A DNA stretch of 61,987 bases, counting the filler, from Stramenopiles sp. TOSAG23-2 (lineage: Eukaryota), in the NCBI GenBank assembly GCA_900128395.1. It is 22 parts of 22 records of this genome, joined end to end, with 100 filler letters (N's around TTAATTAATTAA, not from the genome) between each part and the next. Parts side by side here need not be neighbours in the genome. Positions count along the whole stretch, not along the records: positions 45,247 to 47,961 come from LT651569.1; positions 48,062 to 50,774 come from LT651570.1; positions 50,875 to 53,579 come from LT651571.1; positions 53,680 to 56,383 come from LT651572.1; positions 56,484 to 59,186 come from LT651573.1; 17 more parts are not named here. One strand, given 5' to 3'. Every line of letters starts with the position of its first letter. Positions within the stretch are counted from its first letter, which is position 1. The position numbers and the translations under genes are program-made. The notes under the pieces were generated by a model, which was given only the letters and a program-made list of their open reading frames with translations, was not told where the DNA came from and did not search any database. Positions 45,247-56,922 of this stretch are shown here, piece by piece.

Positions 45247-45795
45247 ATCACTTACTAACATACCAATTGATATTAATTTTGGATCGTACTTATGTGAAAG
45301 CTTTTGTATCATTTTTATATAACTATCTATTTTTCTTCTATGACCAAATGATTCACTATTTTTTAATATTGTTAAAATTAGTACATCTGGTATTTTTTCT
45401 TCATCATCATCATTATTATTCTTCTTATTTTTAATCTGTTGATGTGAGGATGGTACATTTTGTTTATTATTATTATTATTATAGGTAACATTATTTTGGT
45501 TATACATTTTGACAGCCCTTTCCTCTTCTATTTCTTTCATTCGATCTAAATTAAAACGTGCATTGATATACCTTTGGTTCATGATGGAAAATTGTTGTGA
45601 TTTTTGGAAATATAATATAGTAATACATGAGGAAAAAGTTATTGTAATAATAAAGACGGTGAAAACGATAATTTTAATGCAATTTGGCAAAATCATGTTA
45701 TTTCTATTTTTAAATTTGTTTCTTTCATGTTTATATTTTTTTTTTTTGTTATTTTCATAATTATTATTACGTTCTTTACCATTTGAGAATGGCAT
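45247..45795 (-). CDS. Anp1/Mnn9-like (GT62) type II membrane glycosyltransferase, 3' truncated
   Basis: N-terminal TM, stem, then VLILTILKNS...YDPKLISIGMLVSD. Confidence 0.7.
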
Positions 45796-46183
45796 CTGTC
45801 TTTCTTTTTCTTCAGAAAATATACATATATATCTTTATTTTCAATCAATACCATATATATCGATATATATATATATATATGAATTTTATATTTATAAAAT
45901 AATATAAATGGGACATGGCAACCAGGGTAAATATAATATATTGTATTAATATATAAATAGTAGTAGTAAGTATATACAATATCTTTTGATTATTACCGAA
46001 TGGTATGCCAATATATATATATATGATGTATTCGAAACATTTTTGTACAAAATTCAATCAACACAACAAACAGAAATTAATAAATTTCTTCATATTATAT
46101 ATAAAATACACGCTAACCAAGAAAGAAAAGTATCATTGTATATGGCCATAACGTACGTATAATATATATAGAGAGATAAAAAC

Positions 46184-47176
46184 ATGTCCAGTGATGTATC
46201 TGCTACGCGTTCATCCAATGCATCAGATATTGGATTGATTGTTCAAGGTGTATTAATATTTTTATCAGCAGTGGTTGGTGTATTGGGATACATGGTGCAA
46301 TCTAAAATGAAAGCAAAAACCATGCAACATGAACAAGAGCTGACACATTTAGCACACTTAAAACAATTAAAATTACGCCGAGTAAGGGAGCAATTGGGAA
46401 CGTTTTTAGGACCGGCAAGTATGCATACGATGCAAATTTGGCACCAATATTGGATTTTGCGTTCTGATTCAGGGATATTGAATAAAATGTCAAATGGAGA
46501 ATTACAAAATTATTGGGATAATGATATGAAATTTAGTTTTAGAACTTTTATAAAAGCTGAAATAAATGAATTATATTCTTGGATAGGTCCAAAACTGGAA
46601 GAAAAATGCAGATTAGAACCGGATTCAGAATTTGCTAAATCTTATAGAATGTTTATGAAACGTTTGATTAAAAACAATGCAGTGCCATTAAATAAATTGA
46701 TAAAAAACTATGGTGCACATCTACAACATTGGCCTACATCTGAAGAATTTAAAAAAAGATATGTTTGTTCTGCACAATCAGGTTGGGGGCGCAATTTATT
46801 TTTTCTACAATTTTCAAATTGGACAGATGAATTTATAGATATTATTGATAATATGTGGACAAAAAACGATTATTCATTAATGTTTCCATTATTTGCTCCA
46901 TATCCATGTCAAATAACTCCATACTTGATAAGTATGATTACAAAGATGAGAGAAATGGAAGTTAAATTAGGAACTTCTGATCGTAGTGATATTATAAGCA
47001 GCGATAAAGAATTTGAACAATTGAACAATAAAGAAAAACAAAAAGAGATCATGAATGCTGTTAATAAGCAACAAATAAACACCACTAGTAGCAAAACAAA
47101 ATATGCCGTGAGCAAAAACAATGATAATACAAATTCCACTACTATCAAGGTATATAAAAAAGGTGGTGAAATTTAA
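46184..47176 (+). CDS. Hypothetical protein with N-terminal TM
   Basis: 330-aa ORF; TM IGLIVQGVLIFLSAVVGVLGYMV. Confidence 0.6.
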   Translation: MSSDVSATRSSNASDIGLIVQGVLIFLSAVVGVLGYMVQSKMKAKTMQHEQELTHLAHLKQLKLRRVREQLGTFLGPASMHTMQIWHQYWILRSDSGILNKMSNGELQNYWDNDMKFSFRTFIKAEINELYSWIGPKLEEKCRLEPDSEFAKSYRMFMKRLIKNNAVPLNKLIKNYGAHLQHWPTSEEFKKRYVCSAQSGWGRNLFFLQFSNWTDEFIDIIDNMWTKNDYSLMFPLFAPYPCQITPYLISMITKMREMEVKLGTSDRSDIISSDKEFEQLNNKEKQKEIMNAVNKQQINTTSSKTKYAVSKNNDNTNSTTIKVYKKGGEI

Positions 47177-48455
47177 TTTTTTTTTAAGTGTGATGCGTTT
47201 AAAAAATGTACGAACGAGTTTGTACACCAGAATCAAAAAATAATACGGGTTCGTAACATATATAAAAAAATATGATCTATGACATAGAAGTAATATTTTT
47301 ATAAAAATTGATTTTAGATTTGAATAACAAAAGCAAGTTGCTAAAATACATTTTATTTAGAAACTAAGAGAGTGAATTACTTAATATAAATATAAATATC
47401 TGAAGTTATAATATTTAATCATAGTAAAGTAGAAAATTATATATATTAATAATATTAAGTAGAATTTTAACGAGATCATCATTAAGTCAGAAAGTGAGCA
47501 CACGTGTAAACGAGACTTCCTTTGAGAAAAATAAAAAGGAAAAACTGTTTTGCAAGTCCAGAAGTCAAGTGGTGAGAGCTGTAAAAAATTATTAAGATTT
47601 TCAGTATATCCTTAAATAGGTTCTATGTCTAATTTAAGGTATTTATAAATTTCAAAATCGCCTTAAAATATAATAAAAAGAATTCATCAATCATCACAAA
47701 AAATAAATGCACAAATTTATTAAAATTTTAAATTGAATATAAATATATAGTATAGCGAATGCCGCATCTCATTCGCTACATATAGACCGCCGGCTCAACC
47801 AAATAACAACAACATTTAAATGTATCATTCATTATGGTCATCGTCTCCTCCATCACTCGAATTGTTTTGAATCGACAACGAACAAATCATGTAAAACAAT
47901 ATATTCGACAATATGTAAAAACAAGACAACATGTAAATCCATTAAGTAAAACAAATTTCAANNNNNNNNNNNNNNNNNNNNNNNNNNNNNNNNNNNNNNN
48001 NNNNNTTAATTAATTAANNNNNNNNNNNNNNNNNNNNNNNNNNNNNNNNNNNNNNNNNNNNGGTGCCCAATTTGACCAGAGTCTTTCCTTGGGAAGACTC
48101 TGCGCTTGCCAGAGTACTGCTGCACTATGGCGGACGACAGCTTTTTTTTTTTTAATAATAATCATCAATACAAATTATAAATATAATATACATATAATAC
48201 ATACGAGCTCGATGTTACACGCAACAAAAGTATTATACTTCAATACTTGATGACGTGGAAAAGTTTATTGTATGAGGAAGGTATTGAAGCAGTAGAATTC
48301 AGTTAAATCTGATCGAGCGTCACACGTAAGCATAGTGAGGTGGCAGCAGTGTATAATAATTATTATATAATTATAATACCCATAGTAACCTTTGGTACCT
48401 TTCCAAAGTTTAGCAGTTTATAAACACACACACATATACGGAATCTATACAATCC

Positions 48456-50450
48456 ATGGATAGCAGTGCGATTGAAATCATAGAGAATCCATTACATAAT
48501 GAAAAATCTGGCAACGGCACGGATTACGAACCTACCCACATGATTGAAGTGTCAGTAAATAGCAAAGAAATTGCACGTGTTGTATTGGATAACTTATCGT
48601 GTAAACATTTTGGTTTGATTGGCTTTGCAACGCTGCTTACGATGCTCTTGGTCAGCGCTGTTCATTTAGTTATTTTTTTTGTTTACGCTGGTTTAGGATT
48701 TGAAAAAAATAGTAGACCTATGATATGGATATTTCTTTTATTTTCCATCCTATATTTCCTACGTTTTCTGCATATCACAATTACTTGGAAAGATACCCTG
48801 AAGGAATCAGTTGAAGCGAAATATTCCCTCGGCGAATCTGAAAGCACAACAGAAGTAACATTCGTATCCAGAATGAAAGCAAGGTATAAAAATATGACCG
48901 CATACTACGACGATAATTTCGATATCAATGGGAAATACTACCTCTGGTTATTGTACATAGGGGAACTCATGGAGAGTTTGGTTCAGTTTACGAATATTCT
49001 TGTAGTCTATTCTTGTACGTTGTCTGTTGGATGGAATCTAGTATTTATATTTATCTTGATAGCAGAATCGTTGAATCGTTGCAAGGTCTTCTATAGAAAA
49101 GTGTGCGGCGAGATGCCTAATATTGATTTCAACGAACGCAATGTTCAACTAATTCTGGATATTGAAATGGATGTGTTCTTCTTATTCGTACCATTAGCCA
49201 TCCTGTGGTTTGTTTTTCAAATCCCAATGTCGATTTCAGAAATTGTACGAATTATTACCGTTCCATCCATATCACTATTCTTAAAACTACCAACGGTTAT
49301 CGAGCAAGTCGTGTACAATCGGGTGAACGAACAGATTACGGCACAACAGGATAATGCATCAAAATCGGTTAAGCGTAAACGGAAATCATTATTTGGGCAA
49401 TCTGTGAATGAGCACGTTGTAGATCTACAAAATAGATACTTTCCACGTTCCGCAAAGATGGTGATGTTTTTCTTGAGCTTGATCTATGTTTTGATATTGG
49501 TTGTTATGACGATTGTTCAATTAGCAAATTTATCCTTGTTAGAGACCTGTGATGCAATATTAGATAGTAAAAACATATGGAACAAAGGATGCATAAATAA
49601 AATTCCATATTGCAAAAGTGCGTTCGTTCCGAAATGTAATTGTGCTTCATTAAACATTAAAAATGATCCAACATTGACATATTTACCAAATGTAATGGTG
49701 GGTGAAATGGATGGGTTGAGAAAGGTCTCGATTAAAAATTGTAATCTTACGACATTACCAGCGAATATGGAACGATGGACAGAAATGGTTGATTTTGAAG
49801 TTCCATTTAATCGTTTGGATGCGTTTGATGTAGATGTTAGTAAATGGAAGAAATTAGTAAGGCTGATGTTGATGTATAATAACATAAAAAAGTATAACGA
49901 AAAAGCTTTATGGACACATCCTAATCTAGTAAGTTTAGTTGTAAATGATAATATTGGATTAGATATGCCAGGCTCAAACATACCCATTAAAATGCAATCA
50001 TTGCAATATTTTAGCAATAGTAATAATACTGTAGATGTTCATCTAAATTTCGACAAAATTAAATTTCCAAATCTGATGTTTTTATATTTGAGAGGCAATA
50101 ATTTAAAAATATTTCCGGATGAATCGTTAAAATATCAGTTGCGGGATTTAGGTATTGCAAGGTGCAAATTGTTAGTGCTTCCATCCTATCTATCCGATTT
50201 TACAAAGCTGCAGTATTTAGACACTAGAGATAATAATATTACGCAAGTTGATGATAATTTGAAAGTATTAATCAAAAAGAACGGAGTGGAGTCGTACTTT
50301 TCTGGAAATCCTGTTTGTCAAAACGACGAAGAACTAGATTGCCAACCGTTATGTTCAAAATATTGTTGGAGTAGAAATGTTGGGGGTGATGGATATTGTG
50401 ATGAATTTTGTAATTCAGAGAAATGTCAATATGATGGTGGAGATTGCTGA
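48456..50450 (+). CDS. Multi-TM protein with C-terminal leucine-rich repeats and an LNR (Notch-type) module
   Basis: About seven hydrophobic segments; Cys cap CINKIPYC...CNC; LRRs (LMFLYLRGNNL, LQYLDTRDNNI); GNPVC; GDGYCDEFCNSEKCQYDGGDC. Confidence 0.8.
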   Translation: MDSSAIEIIENPLHNEKSGNGTDYEPTHMIEVSVNSKEIARVVLDNLSCKHFGLIGFATLLTMLLVSAVHLVIFFVYAGLGFEKNSRPMIWIFLLFSILYFLRFLHITITWKDTLKESVEAKYSLGESESTTEVTFVSRMKARYKNMTAYYDDNFDINGKYYLWLLYIGELMESLVQFTNILVVYSCTLSVGWNLVFIFILIAESLNRCKVFYRKVCGEMPNIDFNERNVQLILDIEMDVFFLFVPLAILWFVFQIPMSISEIVRIITVPSISLFLKLPTVIEQVVYNRVNEQITAQQDNASKSVKRKRKSLFGQSVNEHVVDLQNRYFPRSAKMVMFFLSLIYVLILVVMTIVQLANLSLLETCDAILDSKNIWNKGCINKIPYCKSAFVPKCNCASLNIKNDPTLTYLPNVMVGEMDGLRKVSIKNCNLTTLPANMERWTEMVDFEVPFNRLDAFDVDVSKWKKLVRLMLMYNNIKKYNEKALWTHPNLVSLVVNDNIGLDMPGSNIPIKMQSLQYFSNSNNTVDVHLNFDKIKFPNLMFLYLRGNNLKIFPDESLKYQLRDLGIARCKLLVLPSYLSDFTKLQYLDTRDNNITQVDDNLKVLIKKNGVESYFSGNPVCQNDEELDCQPLCSKYCWSRNVGGDGYCDEFCNSEKCQYDGGDC

Positions 50451-51138
50451 TTGCTGAAAGAAACGTTTTTCTAAAATATTGTTTTTTCTTGCAGTTGATG
50501 AAAAACGGACATCATAGGAAGGCGGAGAATAAAGTTTGTATTTGTATGCACGCATACTTTAAATTATGTGAAAATATAAAAAAATACATATATATCATAC
50601 TCGTATGATAATTGCAAATTGCATTTATAAATTCTAATGATATCATACACTTATCATATCATATATCATATTTCTTAACAACTTGCTTTACGCGTATTCA
50701 ACAACTTCCTCCTCCTCCACAGATCGTAAGAACTCTTCACGTCGTATTGCGTTCCCGTCAACACCACGTTTTTGNNNNNNNNNNNNNNNNNNNNNNNNNN
50801 NNNNNNNNNNNNNNNNNNTTAATTAATTAANNNNNNNNNNNNNNNNNNNNNNNNNNNNNNNNNNNNNNNNNNNNAATTATGCACACTTAGAACTTTGTCT
50901 TCATATCAGTAAATATAAAATATATATATGTGAGTAGAGCTGTTTATATCATCATCATAAATGATATCATAAAATATTATATTTTATTTGAATTAAGGAT
51001 TTTATACTCTCATACTACAGGACAGGTTACTAAAATATTAATGATACCTTACCTGGTTTTAAATTAAAAAAATATGAATAATTTTATTATAAAAATTTAA
51101 ACCTGGGGTGTGCCAGTGTGGGGGGGAAGTTTTATTTT

Positions 51139-51585
51139 TTACTCCTCCTTCTGTGAAAGCTTTTTTCTACACAAAAAATGTCGATTGAAATTCTTCAACA
51201 TGGTACCATCAGCTGGAAAATAATTAATTTGGAATGTACGTACACGATAGTTTTCCTCACGGCTTTCAAAGACACTATCTTGTGAATACCCTTGAAAGTT
51301 TAATACAACTCCATCATATTTTAACCATGCAGGTTGTGTAAGAATAACATTTCTAGCATTACGCGCTCTTGCTTCTTTCATGATTTCCTCACGTTTTGTG
51401 AATGCTTGAGATCTTGCCATACGTTCCGTTTGCGATCTACCTTCCGTTTGATAACCTTTATCTAAACCAAAATAGCTATTACGTGCTGCATTTCCACCCC
51501 TTGCCGATGATGGATGCGCATTATTACGAAAGCCTGGTATATTTGGTGGTACAATGTTGGTAATATTTAATTTCGGTATATTCAT
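51139..51585 (-). pseudogene. EFHC1/Rib72-like axonemal protein: first DM10 domain broken off
   Basis: PAWLKYDGVVLNFQGYSQDSVFESREENYRVRTFQINYFPADGTM matches the start of DM10, then homology stops. Confidence 0.72.
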
Positions 51586-52288
51586 TGTTATATCGATATA
51601 TGTTACTATTTGTACAATAATATTTCAATATATTATTATTATATTACTATTATTATGACTTTGTCTTAATATCAAAGTAGGAATTATATTTGATGTATAT
51701 ATATGTATATGTATGTATGTATCTTTCCTTTTCATGTAGTATATATGTATATATAAAATCGTATATTTGTAATTAAAAAACGCTTCTTGCGAAATGTAAT
51801 TTTCATGAAAGGGGTTAATCCATGCTATGCACATGCTATGGCCATATTTCATATGCCAGGTATATGGACAGTTTCACTATCCTCTCAACGTCTTAAAAAT
51901 CTCACGTAAAAAATGTTTTCAGGCAGAAAAAAATTTTGATATGTGGAAAGAATACGCAATATATAGGGAATGGAGTTTTAGTATACTCATTTATATACTT
52001 CAATAGAATATATATAATTTAGTCATAAAATAACCCTATTTCTAACAAACTCCAAATTCTAATAATTCCAGGAGGAAAATTCATCATTGTGCCATTATTC
52101 TCATTTTTTTTTGAAAATTGTTGTTATAATTTATAAATATATAATAGTTTGTTTACGTGCGCTGGTGGTGTAATTATATTGTTGTTGTTGTTGTTGCATG
52201 TGTTTGTAATTATTATTTATATTGTTTGATAATATACGAGAAAAGAAGTGTTATTGTGCATATATATATATTACTAAAAAAAACAAAG

Positions 52289-53371
52289 ATGACACCAATT
52301 TTAACAATATTATTAATAGGAATTGCATCAACAAATGCAGCAATCCAAAAAAATGAAAATTGGCAAACATGTGGTAATTTAAAACAACAATATAATCGTA
52401 CGGCGTGTCCGCTTGAAAGTGCTACATGTTGTACTCAAAAATGGATGCCATCGGATGGAATGTGGGGTTGTTGTCCGTATCCAAATGCTGTTTGTTGTTC
52501 CAATGGATATAACTGTTGTCCAGCTGGTACTAAATGCCAAGATATTCGTGGTCAACAATGGGGTGTAGTTACAAAGTGTATTTCTGCTGATAATAATAAA
52601 CAGCTAATAGTAGGAGGCGGCAAACATAAAATTAGTAGCGATAAAATTAATAACAATATCGACAACGATGATCCTGACTTTGGTCTTGCTGCTCAAGTAT
52701 GTAAATCAGGTGGACCATTACCATTATCAACAACAAAAAAAAATATAGTAATTATGGGTGATAGTGTTTCAATTGGATATTATCCATTTATCAAAGAATC
52801 GATGGCTGATGTTGCATTAGTTCAACATAGTCCATGGGATCAACGAGATGGTGGAGTGGAGGAAACGGAATATGGTTGGAGATGTTTGGAATATTTACTT
52901 CGTCCACCGACTGGAACATTTATTGTACCTGATATTTTATATTTTAATTGGGGCTTGCATAATATTTCACCAAATTTAAATCAAACTATTCCTGGTCAAA
53001 GTGGACCACCATCCGCATATGCACCATATTTAGAAAAAATTGTTAATCGATTAGATGAATTATATGGGCCAAAATCAAATACAAAAACTAAATTAATATT
53101 TGGTATTACATCACCAATGATATGTAGTAAAGAAACGGATGATATTGTTCAAGCAAACAATATTGACGCAAAAAGTATTATGTCGAAATATAATATTACA
53201 ACAGTCAATTTACATAAAGCAATTGTTAATAAGTGTGGTCCAGCACCTCAAGTAGAATGCTTTGGTGAAACAAATTGCTTTTGCCCACATTGTCCAGCAA
53301 ATGGTGGAAGAGGCTACAAATGGCTTGCGAATACTGTAATTGTTCCAGTACTTGAAGAATTTTTGTTATAA
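52289..53371 (+). CDS. Secreted granulin-like + SGNH/GDSL hydrolase protein
   Basis: Signal MTPILTILLIGIASTNA; CP..ATCC...WGCCPYPNAVCC.NGYNCCPAGTKC; IMGDSVSIGY, FNWGLHN. Confidence 0.78.
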   Translation: MTPILTILLIGIASTNAAIQKNENWQTCGNLKQQYNRTACPLESATCCTQKWMPSDGMWGCCPYPNAVCCSNGYNCCPAGTKCQDIRGQQWGVVTKCISADNNKQLIVGGGKHKISSDKINNNIDNDDPDFGLAAQVCKSGGPLPLSTTKKNIVIMGDSVSIGYYPFIKESMADVALVQHSPWDQRDGGVEETEYGWRCLEYLLRPPTGTFIVPDILYFNWGLHNISPNLNQTIPGQSGPPSAYAPYLEKIVNRLDELYGPKSNTKTKLIFGITSPMICSKETDDIVQANNIDAKSIMSKYNITTVNLHKAIVNKCGPAPQVECFGETNCFCPHCPANGGRGYKWLANTVIVPVLEEFLL

Positions 53372-53679
53372 AAAGAGGGAAAAACAGGGGGAGAAGAAGA
53401 AGAGAGAGAGAGAGAGAATTTTTTTGTATGCGCGTTGGTTTTATTTGAGAGGATATAATATTATTACATTTATTCGGTTTTCGTAAAAATAATCTCCCGT
53501 CGTAATATTATCAGCGAACCATTTAAAAAAAAAAATTATTTGCAAACACTCACTTCGTACACATACATCTATCAACATANNNNNNNNNNNNNNNNNNNNN
53601 NNNNNNNNNNNNNNNNNNNNNNNTTAATTAATTAANNNNNNNNNNNNNNNNNNNNNNNNNNNNNNNNNNNNNNNNNNNN

Positions 53680-54687
53680 TCCTGGATCCAACTTGAAAGC
53701 CATTCCTTTTCTTTTCGAAGATAATAGGTGTTTCGAATGAGCCGGCATGACCAGGACACAACGCATTTCGATAGACTGCCTGGGCGGAGCATCCGCCGGG
53801 GTGTTCACATCCTCAAAGGCAGAGTGCGCACAGGGCGCGTGCTCCTTGGCGTCCGAGTCGTAGCCAATGAAGACCAACAGCTCCTCTCTGGTCAGCCCAG
53901 GGTAATAATAGAATTGCTGCCCCTCGCGCCGCGTCAAGCCAAGCCTCCCGACAACGCCGCCGCAACCGTCGCCGCTTTTGATGGTGCGCTTGTCAGCGAC
54001 GGCGAGAGGGCAGCGTCTCACCGGCTCATCGCTGGTGTTTCTCCAAGTGTTCAGTACTACCATACGACGCTCAGCGAGCCGTTCGGCCGTTAGACCAGCC
54101 GCCTTCATCTGTGCGGGCACGTCGCTGCTATTGACAAACGACATCGCGAGCTTCTCCTCCATTGTCCACGACTGGTTGGGTTCCTCCCCACTCAGGGCAC
54201 ACATATATGCCTCTTTCATGTTGCCGGTATAATCGTTGTGTACGTGGTAGAGCGGCTTGGACTCCTGCTTTTGCGAGCCCTCGAGTCGGCTGACGTGAGG
54301 CCCACCCAGGAATATGTGTTCCGCACCCGTCAACTCCCTCAACACAGCGAACACCTCATCGTAATAGGTCGACGCCAGTAACTCCTCGTTCAACCAGTCC
54401 GTGATGGAGCTTACATGCGACACCACCGTTAAGCCCGCGGAGCTAGGCAGCAAAATGTCGGCGTCCTGCGGCAGCAACCGGGCGTTGTGAACCTCCAAGG
54501 TGTACGTGTCCTGCTCGTAGCACTCGAAAACGTTGGCCGGGTCGCAGCCCACCTTCAGCCGCCTGAAATTGAAGACGCCAGTGGTTGCCATTGGATACGT
54601 TACAGGTTTTTTTTTTGATGCTTCATTTGTTTTTTGTTCGTTTAATACTGACGCCATTTTTAAAACTTCGTGTTCGCTGCTGGACAT
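53680..54687 (-). CDS. CmcJ/NvfI (AsaB-like) family oxidoreductase with a GC-rich core and AT-rich flanks; 3' truncated
   Basis: HVHNDYT, VLNTWRN...PVRRCPLAVAD, FYYYPGLTREELLVF.GYDS, HSAFED..TP.DAPPRQSIEMR. Confidence 0.85.
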
Positions 54688-54888
54688 ATTGTCAATTTAA
54701 AAAAAAGAAGTTGGTTTTGAATATGCGTTTGTGATTTTTGTTAATATTTATTTATAACTTTTTAAAAAAGATTGTTTTAAAAATAGTTTTCGTATTTATT
54801 ATGTTTCAAAAATATTATTTATTATGTGTGTAAATTGTAAATATAGAATAATACAAATAATACTGTGCTGGTGTGCTGAGTGTTCTAC

Positions 54889-55181
54889 GACACTATTTTC
54901 ACCATTTCGTAGCGTGAACACAGCAGGAAAACGATAATTTTTTTGACACCCACTTTAAGCTTCTATAATAAAAATAATAAAGTATCTTTTTTGATTTTTT
55001 GTTGACTATGATTATGATGAGTTAGCTGGTTAGATTGATAATGATGATTGTTGATGATAGGCACATAGTAAAAAAAAGAATAATAAGAACTATCACATGC
55101 TGTGCGTAAAAGCTTCTTGACACTATTTTCACCATTTCGTAGCATGAACACAGCAGCAAAACCATAATTTTTTTGACACCC
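54889..55181. repeat. 63-nt direct repeat (54889-54951 and 55119-55181) between divergent genes
   Basis: gacactattttcaccatttcgtagc[g/a]tgaacacagcag...ataatttttttgacaccc; three mismatches seen. Confidence 0.9.
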
Positions 55182-55363
55182 GTAAAAGATAGCTGCCAAT
55201 TAGCACTAAATCTATCCATCTATCCATAATAAAATAAAGTAAATGTAATGATGAGTAGGTCAATTTGTAATTATTATTATTAATATAAGTTCAATAGCAG
55301 CTGCAACATCAAACAGTTCACAGCACATCATCATTCCATTTAACAACAGAGGAAACTAGAAGG

Positions 55364-56383
55364 ATGTCGTCTTTAAAAGAAGGTCAACTCTTTCAAGTAA
55401 GGAAAACAAAGTCATCAAAATTTTTTAGCCGTGCAGAGCTCGCAGACGCAGTGGAAAAATGGAACTTGTTGGCATATGACTCCGACGAACTAATTGTTTT
55501 GTGTAAAAGGTCCACTTGCAGGAACCTAAGGTTTGTAAATAGATACCAAGGATGTTTCAAAGCACCCCATACTCGATGTAAAGGCGTCAAATATGTTAAA
55601 ACAATTACTGAACGCTCATTGCTACGTCGCCTCCGTAGTTTTGACCATACAGTGAGAAAGACTGCGGAAATAAAAAAACAAATTAGCTTTACGGACGCCA
55701 ATTTGGACGAAAACAACAAAAAGGAAAATGCCTTTGGTTTGAAAGATTCAAAGAGAGATACAATTAGCTTCAACAATATATATACCGTTGAGCAGCCAGA
55801 GCCGCAAGATGCAAAAACCAAAATAGTAGCTTTTTCATTTCTCCCGGTGTTTGTATTTCTTTTTTATTATCATACACCTAGTAAGACGAGAAACGTTAAC
55901 AATAGGTATCTTAAAGCTTGGAATCACACTGGCGTTTTGAAGGAGCGTGCTAGCGTGTCGTTTGATTGTTTGGTTCTATTTGCACTTGGGCTTTGCTTTT
56001 TATTTTGTATTATGAAAATTAGATGGAAAAGATTACGACGTTGCTACTTCAAAATCATAAAGCGCCACTTTTATCGGTCGGCTGCGCAAAAGGCGGCTCA
56101 TGTGCCTGTCGTTTTCAAAAATAGAAAGGAAGAATTGGGATGTGTGCATCACAATACTAAACACAGTCAACAAGAGATTGTTCATATCAAAAACGCATTT
56201 GCAGCTCTCACTAGGCCAAATTTGACATACCGAACTGCCAAGAAACACCTATTGTCTTCGGAAAAAAAAGGAATGGCTTTCAAGTTGGATCCACGAGCCC
56301 TCTCGAGAGCTCGCTTGAAAAAAATTGAAGTCAACGAGTCTAATGGTGCAGCTCAGACAACAGATATCAGTGTGTATGCTGAG
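55364..56383 (+). CDS. Hypothetical protein with two hydrophobic segments and the KHLLSS..KGMAFKLDP module; 3' truncated
   Basis: 340 open codons; 56242-56293 is an inverted copy of 53683-53734. Confidence 0.55.
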
Positions 56384-56483
56384 NNNNNNNNNNNNNNNNN
56401 NNNNNNNNNNNNNNNNNNNNNNNNNNNTTAATTAATTAANNNNNNNNNNNNNNNNNNNNNNNNNNNNNNNNNNNNNNNNNNNN

Positions 56484-56766
56484 TCATCATGCTAAACGAA
56501 GTCCATCAAATGGTAGTAGCAAAAGTAAACGAGACTTGTTAAAATCTAAAAGTCACCCGGGTAAACTTCCAGAAAGATCAACATCTGCAATAAATACGAA
56601 AATGACGTTTATGAGTAATTTTAGTCTAAGCATGAAGAAAAAAAAGAAAAATGGTATTCCAAACGCAGTGAAAAAGCAAATGGCATCTCGTGCAGCTGCT
56701 AAAACAAATCGAATGAAAAAAAAAGACAAAAAGACTGACATCGATGGGAATGATGATATTGTTTAA
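56484..56766 (+). CDS. C-terminal fragment of a basic hypothetical protein
   Basis: Open frame from near the scaffold start to a stop followed by an (AG)n tract. Confidence 0.35.
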
Positions 56767-56922
56767 AAGAGAGAGAGAGAGAGAGAGTCAATAGAGCTCG
56801 AGTATAGCTGTGGTCTAGATTTAGTGTGTGTGTGTACATCATTTATCAATGTTTACACCATCAAATATACGGTACTCATAACATTTTTTTTAATAAAAAA
56901 AAATAATATATGGGTTCGTAAA

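Noticed and set aside
48077-48102. Small hairpin cagagtctttcc-ttg-ggaagactctg
   Set aside because: Single short imperfect stem at a scaffold tip with no supporting context
53728-54232. Antisense ORFs over the GC-rich gene, and other 60-170 aa shadow ORFs in the track
   Set aside because: Expected by-products of real genes on the opposite strand or of low-complexity sequence; no motifs
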